Below, in pieces: positions 8,211 through 17,764 of a stretch of 64,000 nt of DNA. This stretch comes from an uncultured bacterium (GTDB lineage: Bacteria > Fidelibacterota > Marinisomatia > Marinisomatales > Marinisomataceae), in the NCBI GenBank assembly GCA_943788675.1, contig CALSRE010000002.1:73371-137370 (forward strand), given 5' to 3'. The position numbers and the translations under genes are program-made. A model generated the notes under the pieces. The model saw only the letters and a program-made list of their open reading frames with translations. It did not search any database and was not told where the DNA came from. Positions within the stretch are counted from its first letter, which is position 1; every line of letters begins with the position of its first letter.

Positions 8211-9559
8211 TATGATAGTTTATTAAGAGCTCTTCTAAAACAATCTATACCAAAGTTAATATCATCTTCAGTAACGTTTAAATGCGGTCTAAATCTTATA
8301 GAATAATTTCCAGAACCTAGCAAAATAGATCCCTCGTCTAATAATAAGCCAGCAAGCTTGTCTCTGTCATCACTAGATGGTAAATCAAATGCACAGTATA
8401 ATCCCTTTCCTCTAGAATTTGAAACCAATGAAGGAAATTCATTCTGTAGTTCATGAATACTTTTTAACAAATACTCACCAGACTTTGCTGCCTTGTCTAC
8501 TAAATTTTCTTTTTCAATCAATTCAAGGTAAATAGTTAGCCTAACCATATCGACCAAGCTACCGCCCCAGGTTGAATTGATTCTACTAGATTCGCGAAAA
8601 ACATTACCTTCAACTTCATCAAATCTGGTGCTTGCAGCAACTCCACAAACCTGAGTTTTCTTACCAAAAGAAATTATATCAGGCTTTGCAGAAAGGTCTG
8701 CTCCGCATGAGCAACCATTAGTGCAATTACTTGTTGCAAAATGTTGATGAGCCCACATCTTTCCTGTAACACCAACGCCAGTTTGTACTTCATCATAAAT
8801 TAAGATAATGTCGTTCTCATCAGCGATATTTCTTAACGATCGCATAAACTCACATCTAAAATGATTATCTCCACCCTCACCTTGAATAGGCTCAATAACT
8901 ATAGATGAAATATTATCTGGATTAGCACTAATAGCATCTTTTATCTCTTTGATAGCTTGATTTTCAAGTTCAATGATATGATCAATATTATCCTCAATAG
9001 GGAATGTAATTTTAGGATTAGTTACTCTAGGCCAATCAAATTTTGGAAAGTACATTGTTTTTCTTTTATCAGGAGAATCTGTTAAGGACATTGTGTAACC
9101 TGTTCTTCCATGAAAGCACTGTTTAAAGTGGATTACTTTTTCTCCTTTAGCAGAGCTTCCTTTAGCTAAATTCTTTCTTCTCTTCCAATCAAAAGCAGCC
9201 TTAAGCGCATTTTCTACTGCTAATCCACCACCCTCAATAAAAAATGATAATGGTAAATAGTCAGGTTGAGCAACTCTTTTGAATGTTTGAACAAATTCAG
9301 CCATTTCTTGAGAATAGACATCTGAATTTGTTGGCTTATTTATTGCAGCAATTCTTAACCTTTCTGACTGTTCAAGAACATAAGGATGATTATATCCTAC
9401 TGACAACGAAGCGAACATAGAAAATAAATCCAGGTACTCTTTTCCGCTTACCTTATCTACTAACCATGAACCATGTGATTTTTCAAGATCGATTATTGGA
9501 GACATTCCATCAGCTAAAATACTTTCACCGATGACGCTTCTTATTTCAGATTTTTTCAT
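8210..9559 (-). CDS. class-III PLP aminotransferase, L-lysine 6-transaminase-like
   Basis: 449 aa with the class-III aminotransferase layout. PLP-lysine context ISFGKKTQVCG. Overall resemblance to LAT-type enzymes, but the substrate cannot be proven from sequence. Confidence 0.65.
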   Translation of the reverse strand: MKKSEIRSVIGESILADGMSPIIDLEKSHGSWLVDKVSGKEYLDLFSMFASLSVGYNHPYVLEQSERLRIAAINKPTNSDVYSQEMAEFVQTFKRVAQPDYLPLSFFIEGGGLAVENALKAAFDWKRRKNLAKGSSAKGEKVIHFKQCFHGRTGYTMSLTDSPDKRKTMYFPKFDWPRVTNPKITFPIEDNIDHIIELENQAIKEIKDAISANPDNISSIVIEPIQGEGGDNHFRCEFMRSLRNIADENDIILIYDEVQTGVGVTGKMWAHQHFATSNCTNGCSCGADLSAKPDIISFGKKTQVCGVAASTRFDEVEGNVFRESSRINSTWGGSLVDMVRLTIYLELIEKENLVDKAAKSGEYLLKSIHELQNEFPSLVSNSRGKGLYCAFDLPSSDDRDKLAGLLLDEGSILLGSGNYSIRFRPHLNVTEDDINFGIDCFRRALNKLS

Positions 9560-9570
9560 TTAAGACACTC

Positions 9571-10338
9571 CTATTTTTCACGGTTTTTGAAGGACCAAAA
9601 ACCTAAAACGACAATAATAAATAATAATACATAAAAAGTTGCAAAATTGTAATCAGCAGATGAATAATCAATCAAGTCATTAAATCTTCCAATAAGCAAG
9701 GAGATTCTTCCCATAACTGCAAATCCAAACGAAGCTCCAAAACTAACCATTAGAAAATAAATACCTAGACGAGTAAATCTTCCAAAATTACCTGTTTGCT
9801 CTTTTGAAAAATAAAAATACATCAGAGAACTTATAGTACCAACTAAGAGAACAATATTGTTAAAAACACTATCTCCACCGAGGCTAAAAAATGGCAACGA
9901 TCCACTAAAAAGGTCTACTGAGCTTGCTTTTACTTGGTTTAAAACATTTGAGTTTAAATAGCCAAAAGCCTTTAGACCAGCAGCTATCGCAACTGTGTAA
10001 GCAATTCCCCACCTAGCCATCCAATTAAACTGCTGAAATACGCTTAATAACATCATTAAGCCTAAAATAAGTGGAAATAAATATAGGATATTAAATTCAT
10101 GATTAAAGTCAAATTCTAAACCAGTAAATGACAGAGGTCCATCTTTTGGAAATAGTCTTCCAAAAAGATTTGGATAAATCTGTGTCCAAAAACTTATCGC
10201 TGCAACATATGCAGCTGAAACACCCACAAAAACATTCTCAGCAATTTTATAGAATGGGTTATCCTTGTAAAGATAAGAAAATATACCCAACGTTAAAAAC
10301 GCTGCTATCCATGCTCCTAAAATTGCAGAAAAAGTCAT
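9571..10338 (-). CDS. cassette protein 7: polytopic membrane protein, unknown family
   Basis: 255 aa with about 7 hydrophobic helices by eye. Its start overlaps the stop of the upstream gene by 1 nt. Confidence 0.6.
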   Translation of the reverse strand: MTFSAILGAWIAAFLTLGIFSYLYKDNPFYKIAENVFVGVSAAYVAAISFWTQIYPNLFGRLFPKDGPLSFTGLEFDFNHEFNILYLFPLILGLMMLLSVFQQFNWMARWGIAYTVAIAAGLKAFGYLNSNVLNQVKASSVDLFSGSLPFFSLGGDSVFNNIVLLVGTISSLMYFYFSKEQTGNFGRFTRLGIYFLMVSFGASFGFAVMGRISLLIGRFNDLIDYSSADYNFATFYVLLFIIVVLGFWSFKNREK

Positions 10339-11204
10339 TAATACTTCCTATCTCTTCGTTGCTTAATAAAAAATGCTAAATTTCCAAATACAATAAATAT
10401 TACAATAACTATATGAGCAAATGATTGCGCTGCCATTCCTTGAATTGCTATCCCAGGAGAAGCTATTAATTTTTCATATTCTGCTGCTCCAGGCATTCCA
10501 GCCAACAAACCAATTAATTGTCCGGTTTGCACATAAGGAATAACTTCGTTTACTTGGACAGAAGTTGTTCCTGATGACATTGGAACTCCCGTAGGATCTC
10601 CGCCATATTTTACCCATTCAAATGTTCCAGGGTATCCAGCAGAACCGCTATAGATATAAGCAAAATCATTTAAATTTTTAATCTCGTCCATCATTTCAAT
10701 ATCATCGATAAATCTACCCTTGGCATCGACTGTATACACTTTACGTAAATCGCTCGCAAGCCCTTTAATAACAGCTTCAGCACCCGGTCTATAGCCTAAC
10801 AACACATAATCTTCATACTCTTTAATATCAAAGGTTGATTGATTATCAGGATTTACTTCATCTGTGATTTCTTCTAACGCATCTAAAGCCATATAAATAC
10901 CATCTGGCCATAAACATGAAATATAAATTTTATGTCCATTTCGAAGCATATGTCTTAAAACACCGACATTCATTGGGTGAATTTCTGGCATAGTACTTGG
11001 ACCATAATCAAATGAAACTAATACCTTAGAATTTTTTGGAATATTATCGATTCCTTCATAAAACTTAACAGTAGTTGGAGTTTCTCTAACAGGCAAACTA
11101 ATAGGAGTTAATAATGGTATAAGCACTGCTAAACCTATTAACAAGAAAATAATTCTTCTGTCAACAGCTCCAAGCTTCAATATAATATCTTCTAAATACT
11201 TCAC
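10338..11204 (-). CDS. cassette protein 6: bitopic protein with large central soluble domain, unknown family
   Basis: 288 aa. N-terminal helix IIFLLIGLAVLIPLL and C-terminal helix FAHIVIVIFIVFGNLAFFI flank a soluble domain of about 220 aa. 1-nt overlaps at both ends. Confidence 0.6.
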   Translation of the reverse strand: MKYLEDIILKLGAVDRRIIFLLIGLAVLIPLLTPISLPVRETPTTVKFYEGIDNIPKNSKVLVSFDYGPSTMPEIHPMNVGVLRHMLRNGHKIYISCLWPDGIYMALDALEEITDEVNPDNQSTFDIKEYEDYVLLGYRPGAEAVIKGLASDLRKVYTVDAKGRFIDDIEMMDEIKNLNDFAYIYSGSAGYPGTFEWVKYGGDPTGVPMSSGTTSVQVNEVIPYVQTGQLIGLLAGMPGAAEYEKLIASPGIAIQGMAAQSFAHIVIVIFIVFGNLAFFIKQRRDRKY

Positions 11205-12103
11205 TACTCTCCTAAATACGATTTTTCTAATCCAAAAATATATCTAAGACTTGTTGCGACAATTCCAAGTCCAATACCAATTAAAATTGCTCTTGATCCA
11301 GCTAAATTAGGAACCAAATAAATCCATTCCTGAAGTGCAGGTAGATAAAAAATAGCTGGCTGATCTACTGGCCAACCCATAGTAAATCCTAATCCGGTAA
11401 TTAAACCAAAGCTTCCTAATACCCATCCAAGAGCCATATTACGATTCCTAGTGTATGCATTGACTCCAAAACCAACTGAAAAAGCAATAATATACATAAT
11501 TACCCATGAAGAAATTAAACTTCCCACAGGAACTCTACCAAGCATGATAATAATTCCAGCGACTAGCAATAAGGATGCTTCGAGATTTCGAGCTCTAAAT
11601 GCTCTAAAAGAAGCTGATGCTACAAAAAATGCTAACAATGCAAACATAGTTGCAGATAGTGGTGAGAAGATATATTTAAACATCCATTGGAATAAACTTC
11701 CATCAGTTTGAACATGTGCTCCCCAATCAACTGGAACAATTTGTTCAGAAGAACCTAAAGATAAAATTGCCTCTTCTGCGGCTCCTTGACTAAAATATAC
11801 TTCTTCTCCAACAAAATATGCACCTCTTATAAAAAACCCAATAATGAATGCAAAAAAGAATGAGGTAATTGCAACAGCGCTATACTGCCAACCTGACTGC
11901 TGCTTAAGTACTTTAATAAATTGAAGTTTTAATAGATTCAGTGCTCCTAAGAAAACAGCAAATGCTGCGATTATATCGAAGAACTGGGTAGCATCATCAT
12001 TGGCAAACGTTTCTATGGTTTCATTATCAATAAACCATGCACTCAATGTAAGTGTTCCGAAAAATGCAACAATACCAATTGGGATATATCTTTTTAGTAA
12101 CAT
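11204..12103 (-). CDS. cassette protein 5: polytopic membrane protein, unknown family
   Basis: 299 aa with about 8 hydrophobic helices by eye. A 1-nt gap separates it from the upstream gene. Confidence 0.6.
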   Translation of the reverse strand: MLLKRYIPIGIVAFFGTLTLSAWFIDNETIETFANDDATQFFDIIAAFAVFLGALNLLKLQFIKVLKQQSGWQYSAVAITSFFFAFIIGFFIRGAYFVGEEVYFSQGAAEEAILSLGSSEQIVPVDWGAHVQTDGSLFQWMFKYIFSPLSATMFALLAFFVASASFRAFRARNLEASLLLVAGIIIMLGRVPVGSLISSWVIMYIIAFSVGFGVNAYTRNRNMALGWVLGSFGLITGLGFTMGWPVDQPAIFYLPALQEWIYLVPNLAGSRAILIGIGLGIVATSLRYIFGLEKSYLGE

Positions 12104-12104
12104 A

Positions 12105-12980
12105 TTATAAGTTTAAACAAGTAATAAGGTTAAAATCAGTTAAACCTAAATCAAAAAATGCTCTTGAAATTATAGAAAGCATAATAAATCCAATGAGTAA
12201 CACTTTGATAATATCCTGAGCTGTAATTCCCGCGATTAGTTCTGGCTCCTCCGACAAGTAAGCACTAGCAGCAAAAAACTCTTCTCCCATTAAGGTATAG
12301 TCGCATGCTGTAACAAAGAATGGAATTTGAGTTTGAGAACCAGTACCAGCTATTTGAATAGCACCAATACTATTACCAGTTTCAGCAAACAATAAAGATT
12401 CTGCAAAAAATTTACCCATATAAAGACATGCTGCAGGTTCATCTCTTTGCATAATACCATTTACAGCAGCTGCATAAGCAAACTGATCATCTGTTACATA
12501 GTGAACCATATCTTCATTATACATTTCAGGTCTACCTTGAGTCATATATGCTTCTTTGGCAACCTGTCTTGCAGATTGCATTACAATCGCTCTAGCAACA
12601 GGTACATCAAGTTCTGTTTCATACTGTGCAGTCATATTAGCAACATGGCCTAAAACAACAACACCAGCGACAGTTTCAACTTCATTCATATCCATAATAC
12701 CAGGAACATACAAAATAGGTCTGCCCATTTCTGTAGATCTTCCAACTGCTTCTTCAACTGCTTTTAGTCCAGGAATGGTTCTTAAAAAAGTTTTTTCAGA
12801 AGAATTTTTAGCAAGCCTCACTTCATATAACATAATCATAATAACAGTTAACGTAAAAGCGAACATTGCAGATTTTTCTTCTCTAAAAAAATTGAGAGAA
12901 TCAGGAAGAGATGACAGTGCAAAAGTAAGTAGTAAAATTCCTACTATTCCACCTGCATATACTTGATATTTATTATTCAT
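12105..12980 (-). CDS. cassette protein 4: membrane protein with central soluble domain, unknown family
   Basis: 291 aa with two N-terminal helices and one C-terminal helix. The central domain contains GRPILYVPGIMDMNEVETVAGVVVLGHVANM. Confidence 0.6.
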   Translation of the reverse strand: MNNKYQVYAGGIVGILLLTFALSSLPDSLNFFREEKSAMFAFTLTVIMIMLYEVRLAKNSSEKTFLRTIPGLKAVEEAVGRSTEMGRPILYVPGIMDMNEVETVAGVVVLGHVANMTAQYETELDVPVARAIVMQSARQVAKEAYMTQGRPEMYNEDMVHYVTDDQFAYAAAVNGIMQRDEPAACLYMGKFFAESLLFAETGNSIGAIQIAGTGSQTQIPFFVTACDYTLMGEEFFAASAYLSEEPELIAGITAQDIIKVLLIGFIMLSIISRAFFDLGLTDFNLITCLNL

Positions 12981-13263
12981 TTTTGTCTAATCTTTCTATC
13001 TCTTGAATTAAAAATTCTACACTGTGATGATTCTCAAAAATCTCAGCAGCCTTATAATAACTATCTGTTTTGACAAATGCACTAATTATTGGTCCAAAAA
13101 AAATCATTGCTTGACTTCCAACAAAATTTAACGGTTTCATCATTTCTAAAAAAAAGATTGACGGTGTAGTCAATCTTCGTGCTATTACTTCTTCAGCCAT
13201 TCTAGTTAGAAATACTTTATCGTCTATATTTAAAGATTTATTCATCTGTTTCAACCATCTCAA
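12973..13263 (-). CDS. cassette protein 3: small (96 aa) protein with one hydrophobic hairpin-like segment
   Basis: Overlaps both neighbours (26 nt and 8 nt). Hydrophobic core TPSIFFLEMMKPLNFVGSQAMIFFGPIISAF. The true start is uncertain. Confidence 0.45.
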   Translation of the reverse strand: MRWLKQMNKSLNIDDKVFLTRMAEEVIARRLTTPSIFFLEMMKPLNFVGSQAMIFFGPIISAFVKTDSYYKAAEIFENHHSVEFLIQEIERLDKNE

Positions 13264-14365
13264 GATTTGCTCTTGGAATTAAAAAATTTTCTCCAGCAAT
13301 ATTAATTTCAGCAACCCTAACCATTGTTTCAGATTCCATCTTATTAAGCTCAGATGGCAAAGATACTACTGTACCAATTTTACCAAAATTTGGTGAACGA
13401 ATAACCCTAACAGTACTTCCTTCCTGAATCCCTTTTGGCATTTTAGATTCACTATCGTTTTCAGAATTAGAACTATCAATAGGAATTACAATTTCTGGTC
13501 GAATAACACCTGCTCTAATTTGTGTAGCTCCATTAATTGAGGCTGCTTTACCAACATTATCTTTTAATAGAGAGTATGTAGCTTCACTCATTGGAATAGA
13601 TCCATAACCCTCAGTAACTATTAAGGCTGTATTTAATTTTTCTGTACCTGTAATAGCAACTCCAAGATTGTAACCTAAAACCGCTTTCAAATCATAATAA
13701 TTAAAACCTCCAACAACAATTCCAGCAACATTGACACTTAGCGCTTTTTTGTAAGCTTCAAGACTTAAAAAAGACCCACCAATCAGAATTCTACCTTTCA
13801 TATCAGCAGTAATTTGCTCTGCAGTCAATTCTTCGGAAGAACTAGAAGAAACTAAAACTAAATCTCCTCTTTTTTCGCCTGCTATACCAAAAATACCCTG
13901 AATAAATGCAGCATGAGACGAGAGAATGATACCTTCGTTTTCAATTACCTCATCTACTTTACCGCTAACATATGCATCTACTTCAACTGGCACAGGAGCT
14001 TCACGAACCACAATTCTACCAGTACTTTGAGAAACAGATTCAATAGTTCCATCTACAGGACTTTCAACAGATGATTTAAACATCCCAAATACACCAGCTG
14101 TTTCAGCTATGAGGTCACCTTTTTTAACAGCCTGTCCTTCTTTAACTTTAAGCGCCTCAACAACATCTTTTGGATCAATATTCAAAATGTTACTTACTTT
14201 TAACATTTGTACATTACCGGGCAAATTTGTTGATGCAACAATAGTGTCAGGATTTAAGACATCACCCTCTTTAACTAAAACATCTCCTTTTAAAGGAAGA
14301 ATTCTTTCTTTTTTAAAAATTGTTTTCTTTAAAACTTTTAAACCAGGAGTATATGAATGTGCCAT
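13238..14365 (-). CDS. cassette protein 2: soluble protein with barrel-sandwich-hybrid (lipoyl/biotinyl-like) N-region and KOW/SH3-like C-terminus
   Basis: 375 aa. Hybrid-motif-like VKEGQAVKKGDLIAE...SPVDGTIESV. Glycine-rich central segment GRILIGGSF...VAGIVVGGFNYYD. C-terminal GSTVRVIRSPNFGKIGTVVSL. Confidence 0.6.
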   Translation of the reverse strand: MAHSYTPGLKVLKKTIFKKERILPLKGDVLVKEGDVLNPDTIVASTNLPGNVQMLKVSNILNIDPKDVVEALKVKEGQAVKKGDLIAETAGVFGMFKSSVESPVDGTIESVSQSTGRIVVREAPVPVEVDAYVSGKVDEVIENEGIILSSHAAFIQGIFGIAGEKRGDLVLVSSSSSEELTAEQITADMKGRILIGGSFLSLEAYKKALSVNVAGIVVGGFNYYDLKAVLGYNLGVAITGTEKLNTALIVTEGYGSIPMSEATYSLLKDNVGKAASINGATQIRAGVIRPEIVIPIDSSNSENDSESKMPKGIQEGSTVRVIRSPNFGKIGTVVSLPSELNKMESETMVRVAEINIAGENFLIPRANLEMVETDE

Positions 14366-16191
14366 TAAAAAACTTCTCCCTTTGGATATTCATCTACAGC
14401 TTTGGACCAACTTAATAAGCTATCAATTCTTTTATTTGATTCTTTTGATAGTGTAATAGGACGATTTCTTCCGTCAAAAATTAATCCAACTACCCCTCCA
14501 TAAATTACAGAATCCAAGGCTTCACCTTTACCTGCACCAACATCTATTCCTCTTACTGGTTTTATTGAAATTTTAACTTCTTCATAAGGATACTCCATCA
14601 TTTCTAATGTTCCTTCATTAATTACAAGATCTTTAACAGTTCCATCATTAAAAGTTAAAGTTATATCAGCCATTTTAGAATTAGGCTTTATGCTTCCAAC
14701 TGGAGTAACACAGGTTCCTAGTCGAATTAAGCAGTCATTATCAAAAACTTCTAACGCTGCCTGACTAGCATCGTCTTTTAATTCTTCTTTATCTATATTG
14801 GCTAATACTCCTAATTGTGGCATCATAAATATAGAATCAACAGCTAATTGGGTTATACCCTCTGGCATAAATGAGTCTATTAACATTCTAGCGGACTGCT
14901 GCCTTCTTGGGGCATGAGAAAGAACTCCTCCAGACCCAACTAAAAGATCTAATTCCATCATATTTACAAGAGATTGTCCACTTGAAGATTGCTCAAATGC
15001 ATCTGAAATCGTTCTTTCAGATTGAACACCTTTTAAGCTTGTAGCAAACTCTTTATGTTGAATAAAAGACAATCTTAAAGCTTCTCTAGCAATAGCCTGT
15101 TCAATAACTAGCTCCTCAAGAGATTGAGGAACTGTAGTTGGTCGAATCATTTTATTACCAATTCTATTAGTTAGTTCACTCCTATCAATATCAAAAGGAA
15201 CCCATCTTAAAACATTGTCTAAACCTGACTCAGCAAGTACATTACATATTGAATAACTCATACCTAAATTAGCACTTACGGTTCTATTAAATTTTCCTTC
15301 AAAAACAGAAAAAATATCTGTTGTAGCGCCACCAATATCTACTCCTACAACAGAGATATTCTCTTTTTTAGCAATCATTTCGATTAAAGATCCTACAGCT
15401 CCTGGTGTAGGCATAATTGGTGCATCGGTCCAAGACATAAGTTTTTTATATCCTGGTGCTTGTGCCATAACATGCTCCATAAATAAATCATGTATTTTAT
15501 CTCTTGAAGGTTCAAGATTTTCTTGTTCTAAAACAGGTCGAATATTATCAACAATGTCTAAATCTGATATTTCTCCAAGTGTCTTTTTAATTGAATCTTG
15601 CGCTTTATTATTTCCTGCATAAATAACAGGCAACTTATAATTTTGTCCTAATCTTGGACGCGGATTTGCAGCAGCTAGAATTTCTGCCAACTCCATAACG
15701 TGAGTAGTTGTTCCTCCATCTGTACCACCAGATAATAAAATCATATCTGGACGTAATTGTCTAATTCTTGTTATTTTTTCATGCGGGAGCCTTCCATCAT
15801 TTGAAGCTAGAACGTCCATAACAATCGACCCTGCTCCAAGCGCTGCTCTTTCTGCGCTTTCACCAGACATAGACTTAACAACACCTGCAACCATCATTTG
15901 CAAGCCTCCGCCAGCTGAACTAGTGGAAACATAAATATCTACACCGCTTGTTCCATTATCAGGAGTGATAATTTTATCACCATCGAGTATAGTTCTTCCA
16001 GAAAGTTCTTCTACCTCCATTACAGCATTTAAAACCCCTTTGGTTACATCTTCAAAAGGTGCCTCCACTGTAGTTGGGGCCTCACCTCTAAACGTCAACT
16101 TGTACCTGTCTTCTTTCCATTCTATGAGAACAGCTTTGGTGGTAGTACTACCGCAGTCGGTAGCCAAAATTGATTTGATTTTCTTACTCAT
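14365..16191 (-). CDS. cassette protein 1: ASKHA-superfamily ATPase of the GlmL/MutL (glutamate-mutase accessory) type with extra C-terminal beta-rich domain
   Basis: 608 aa. Two phosphate-binding motifs, ILATDCGSTTTKAVL and VVGVDIGGATTDIFS, plus LLSGGTDGG. Overlaps cdsA by 4 nt upstream and the next gene by 1 nt downstream. Confidence 0.7.
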   Translation of the reverse strand: MSKKIKSILATDCGSTTTKAVLIEWKEDRYKLTFRGEAPTTVEAPFEDVTKGVLNAVMEVEELSGRTILDGDKIITPDNGTSGVDIYVSTSSAGGGLQMMVAGVVKSMSGESAERAALGAGSIVMDVLASNDGRLPHEKITRIRQLRPDMILLSGGTDGGTTTHVMELAEILAAANPRPRLGQNYKLPVIYAGNNKAQDSIKKTLGEISDLDIVDNIRPVLEQENLEPSRDKIHDLFMEHVMAQAPGYKKLMSWTDAPIMPTPGAVGSLIEMIAKKENISVVGVDIGGATTDIFSVFEGKFNRTVSANLGMSYSICNVLAESGLDNVLRWVPFDIDRSELTNRIGNKMIRPTTVPQSLEELVIEQAIAREALRLSFIQHKEFATSLKGVQSERTISDAFEQSSSGQSLVNMMELDLLVGSGGVLSHAPRRQQSARMLIDSFMPEGITQLAVDSIFMMPQLGVLANIDKEELKDDASQAALEVFDNDCLIRLGTCVTPVGSIKPNSKMADITLTFNDGTVKDLVINEGTLEMMEYPYEEVKISIKPVRGIDVGAGKGEALDSVIYGGVVGLIFDGRNRPITLSKESNKRIDSLLSWSKAVDEYPKGEVF

Positions 16192-16850
16192 AAATAATAA
16201 GCAATAACATAAAACATTGTTACTGGTGTTGTCAATATTAAAGAGTCTAATCGATCTAACATTCCTCCATGCCCTAAAAGAAGACTAGATGAATCTTTAA
16301 TTTTAGCCTTTCTTTTAAGAAAAGATTCAAAGCCATCTCCAATAAATCCGACAATATTAAATACAAAAAGTAAAAAAACTTTATCTCTAAAATTCAGAGA
16401 AAAATTATCAAAGCTACTTAAGAAAAAATTATCAGCTAAATATATGAAAATAATGGAACCTGCAAGTCCTCCAAATAAACCTGAATACGTTTTTTTAGGT
16501 GATATTTTTGGTAAAATTTTTGGCCCTCCTAATAGTTTTCCTACAATAAAAGCCATTGAATCATTTACCATCACTCCTGCAAATAAAAGAAATGTAAATG
16601 GAGAACCGACGATTTCAATATTTCTTAAAAATATCAAAGACGCAAAACTACCGAAAATATATATTACTCCAAAAACTATCCAAAAAGCGTTATTTGAAAA
16701 ACTTTTAATAATTTTTAAATACTCGTTAAATGCAAGAACAAAACAAACGGAAACTAAAAGATTAAATAAAAGAATATGGTTAATAATGATATAGATTACC
16801 GACGGAAAACCTATTAATCCAATCAAAATTCTAGATTGTAATGACGACAT
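16188..16850 (-). CDS. cdsA: phosphatidate cytidylyltransferase (CDP-diglyceride synthase)
   Basis: 220 aa, polytopic. C-terminal signature SFLKRKAKIKDSSSLLLGHGGMLDRLDS. Confidence 0.85.
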   Translation of the reverse strand: MSSLQSRILIGLIGFPSVIYIIINHILLFNLLVSVCFVLAFNEYLKIIKSFSNNAFWIVFGVIYIFGSFASLIFLRNIEIVGSPFTFLLFAGVMVNDSMAFIVGKLLGGPKILPKISPKKTYSGLFGGLAGSIIFIYLADNFFLSSFDNFSLNFRDKVFLLFVFNIVGFIGDGFESFLKRKAKIKDSSSLLLGHGGMLDRLDSLILTTPVTMFYVIAYYL

Positions 16851-16873
16851 TTGTCAAAATAGGAATTATTTGT

Positions 16874-17764
16874 TTATATCAAAAGACTAATTGCTTCAGG
16901 AATAACTTTTACATAAGCATTCCTACTTTTAACAATGTCTCCATCTATATTATAAAAACTCATTTTTGAAGGATTTATAGAAAAATTATCAACCTGGATA
17001 GTTTCTACAAAGGGCAACTCAATATGTGTACCTTTATAGACTTTCTTAAAAACATCGGCAATCTGTAATCTGGTAACATCGTCTTTTACAATCACAAGTT
17101 CAATCTTCCTATCAAAAAATCCTCCATTAGGAGCAACCATCATTCCCTTTCCAGTATAAACACTATTACATCCAACAATAAAAGCACATGTTAAAGATTT
17201 GCTAGTCCCATCCATGGTAATCTCTGCAGTATGCATTTTTTTCTCAAGAAGAGTTATTATAGAAGCAACATCATATCTTATTGGACCAAGAAACCTTAAT
17301 TTTTCAGCTCGGATATTTCCAAATGAAAACATTCCCCAGCCTAAAACACTGACACTAAGTTGAGAGAAATTATCAAAATCAACCTCGTTAACATCCATTT
17401 TTGCTACATTATTTCCAGCACATATTCTAATTGCATCATCTAAGTCTAATGCATTTATATCGTGAGCTACCGAATTCCCTGATCCAGTTGGAATAATTCC
17501 AATATCAAAAATATGTAATTTATTTGAATAATAAAGTCCATTAACTACTTCATTTATTGTGCCATCGCCGCCAAAAATTATAATTCTATCAAAAGAATTT
17601 TTATCGATTGTTGAGGTGAATTCTTTGATATGATTTTGGTATTCAGAAACAAATAACGTAACTTCAAACTGTGAATTTTCTAGAACTTTTTTATATTGAT
17701 AAAATACTTTAAGTGATTTCTTTAAACCACTAACTGGATTTACTATACAGCAAACCTTTTTCAT
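16874..17764 (-). CDS. diacylglycerol-kinase-family lipid kinase (YegS/BmrU-like)
   Basis: 296 aa. N-terminus CCIVNPVSG and the catalytic-domain motif IIFGGDGTINEV. Confidence 0.8.
   Translation of the reverse strand: MKKVCCIVNPVSGLKKSLKVFYQYKKVLENSQFEVTLFVSEYQNHIKEFTSTIDKNSFDRIIIFGGDGTINEVVNGLYYSNKLHIFDIGIIPTGSGNSVAHDINALDLDDAIRICAGNNVAKMDVNEVDFDNFSQLSVSVLGWGMFSFGNIRAEKLRFLGPIRYDVASIITLLEKKMHTAEITMDGTSKSLTCAFIVGCNSVYTGKGMMVAPNGGFFDRKIELVIVKDDVTRLQIADVFKKVYKGTHIELPFVETIQVDNFSINPSKMSFYNIDGDIVKSRNAYVKVIPEAISLLI

Noticed and set aside
12556-12966. 136-aa plus-strand ORF inside the cassette. Similar antisense ORFs occur at 60408-60881, 24402-24869, 35299-35655, 16444-16794, 23852-24235, 14109-14456 and others in the track.
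   Set aside because: All lie opposite longer ORFs with recognisable motifs or clear membrane topology. They have low-complexity compositions and no start context, so I treat them as antisense shadows.
14365-16191. Reading the GlmL/MutL-like protein as evidence of a glutamate-mutase (methylaspartate) pathway
   Set aside because: No GlmS/GlmE-like or other B12 mutase subunits are adjacent or anywhere in the window. The partners are membrane proteins instead.
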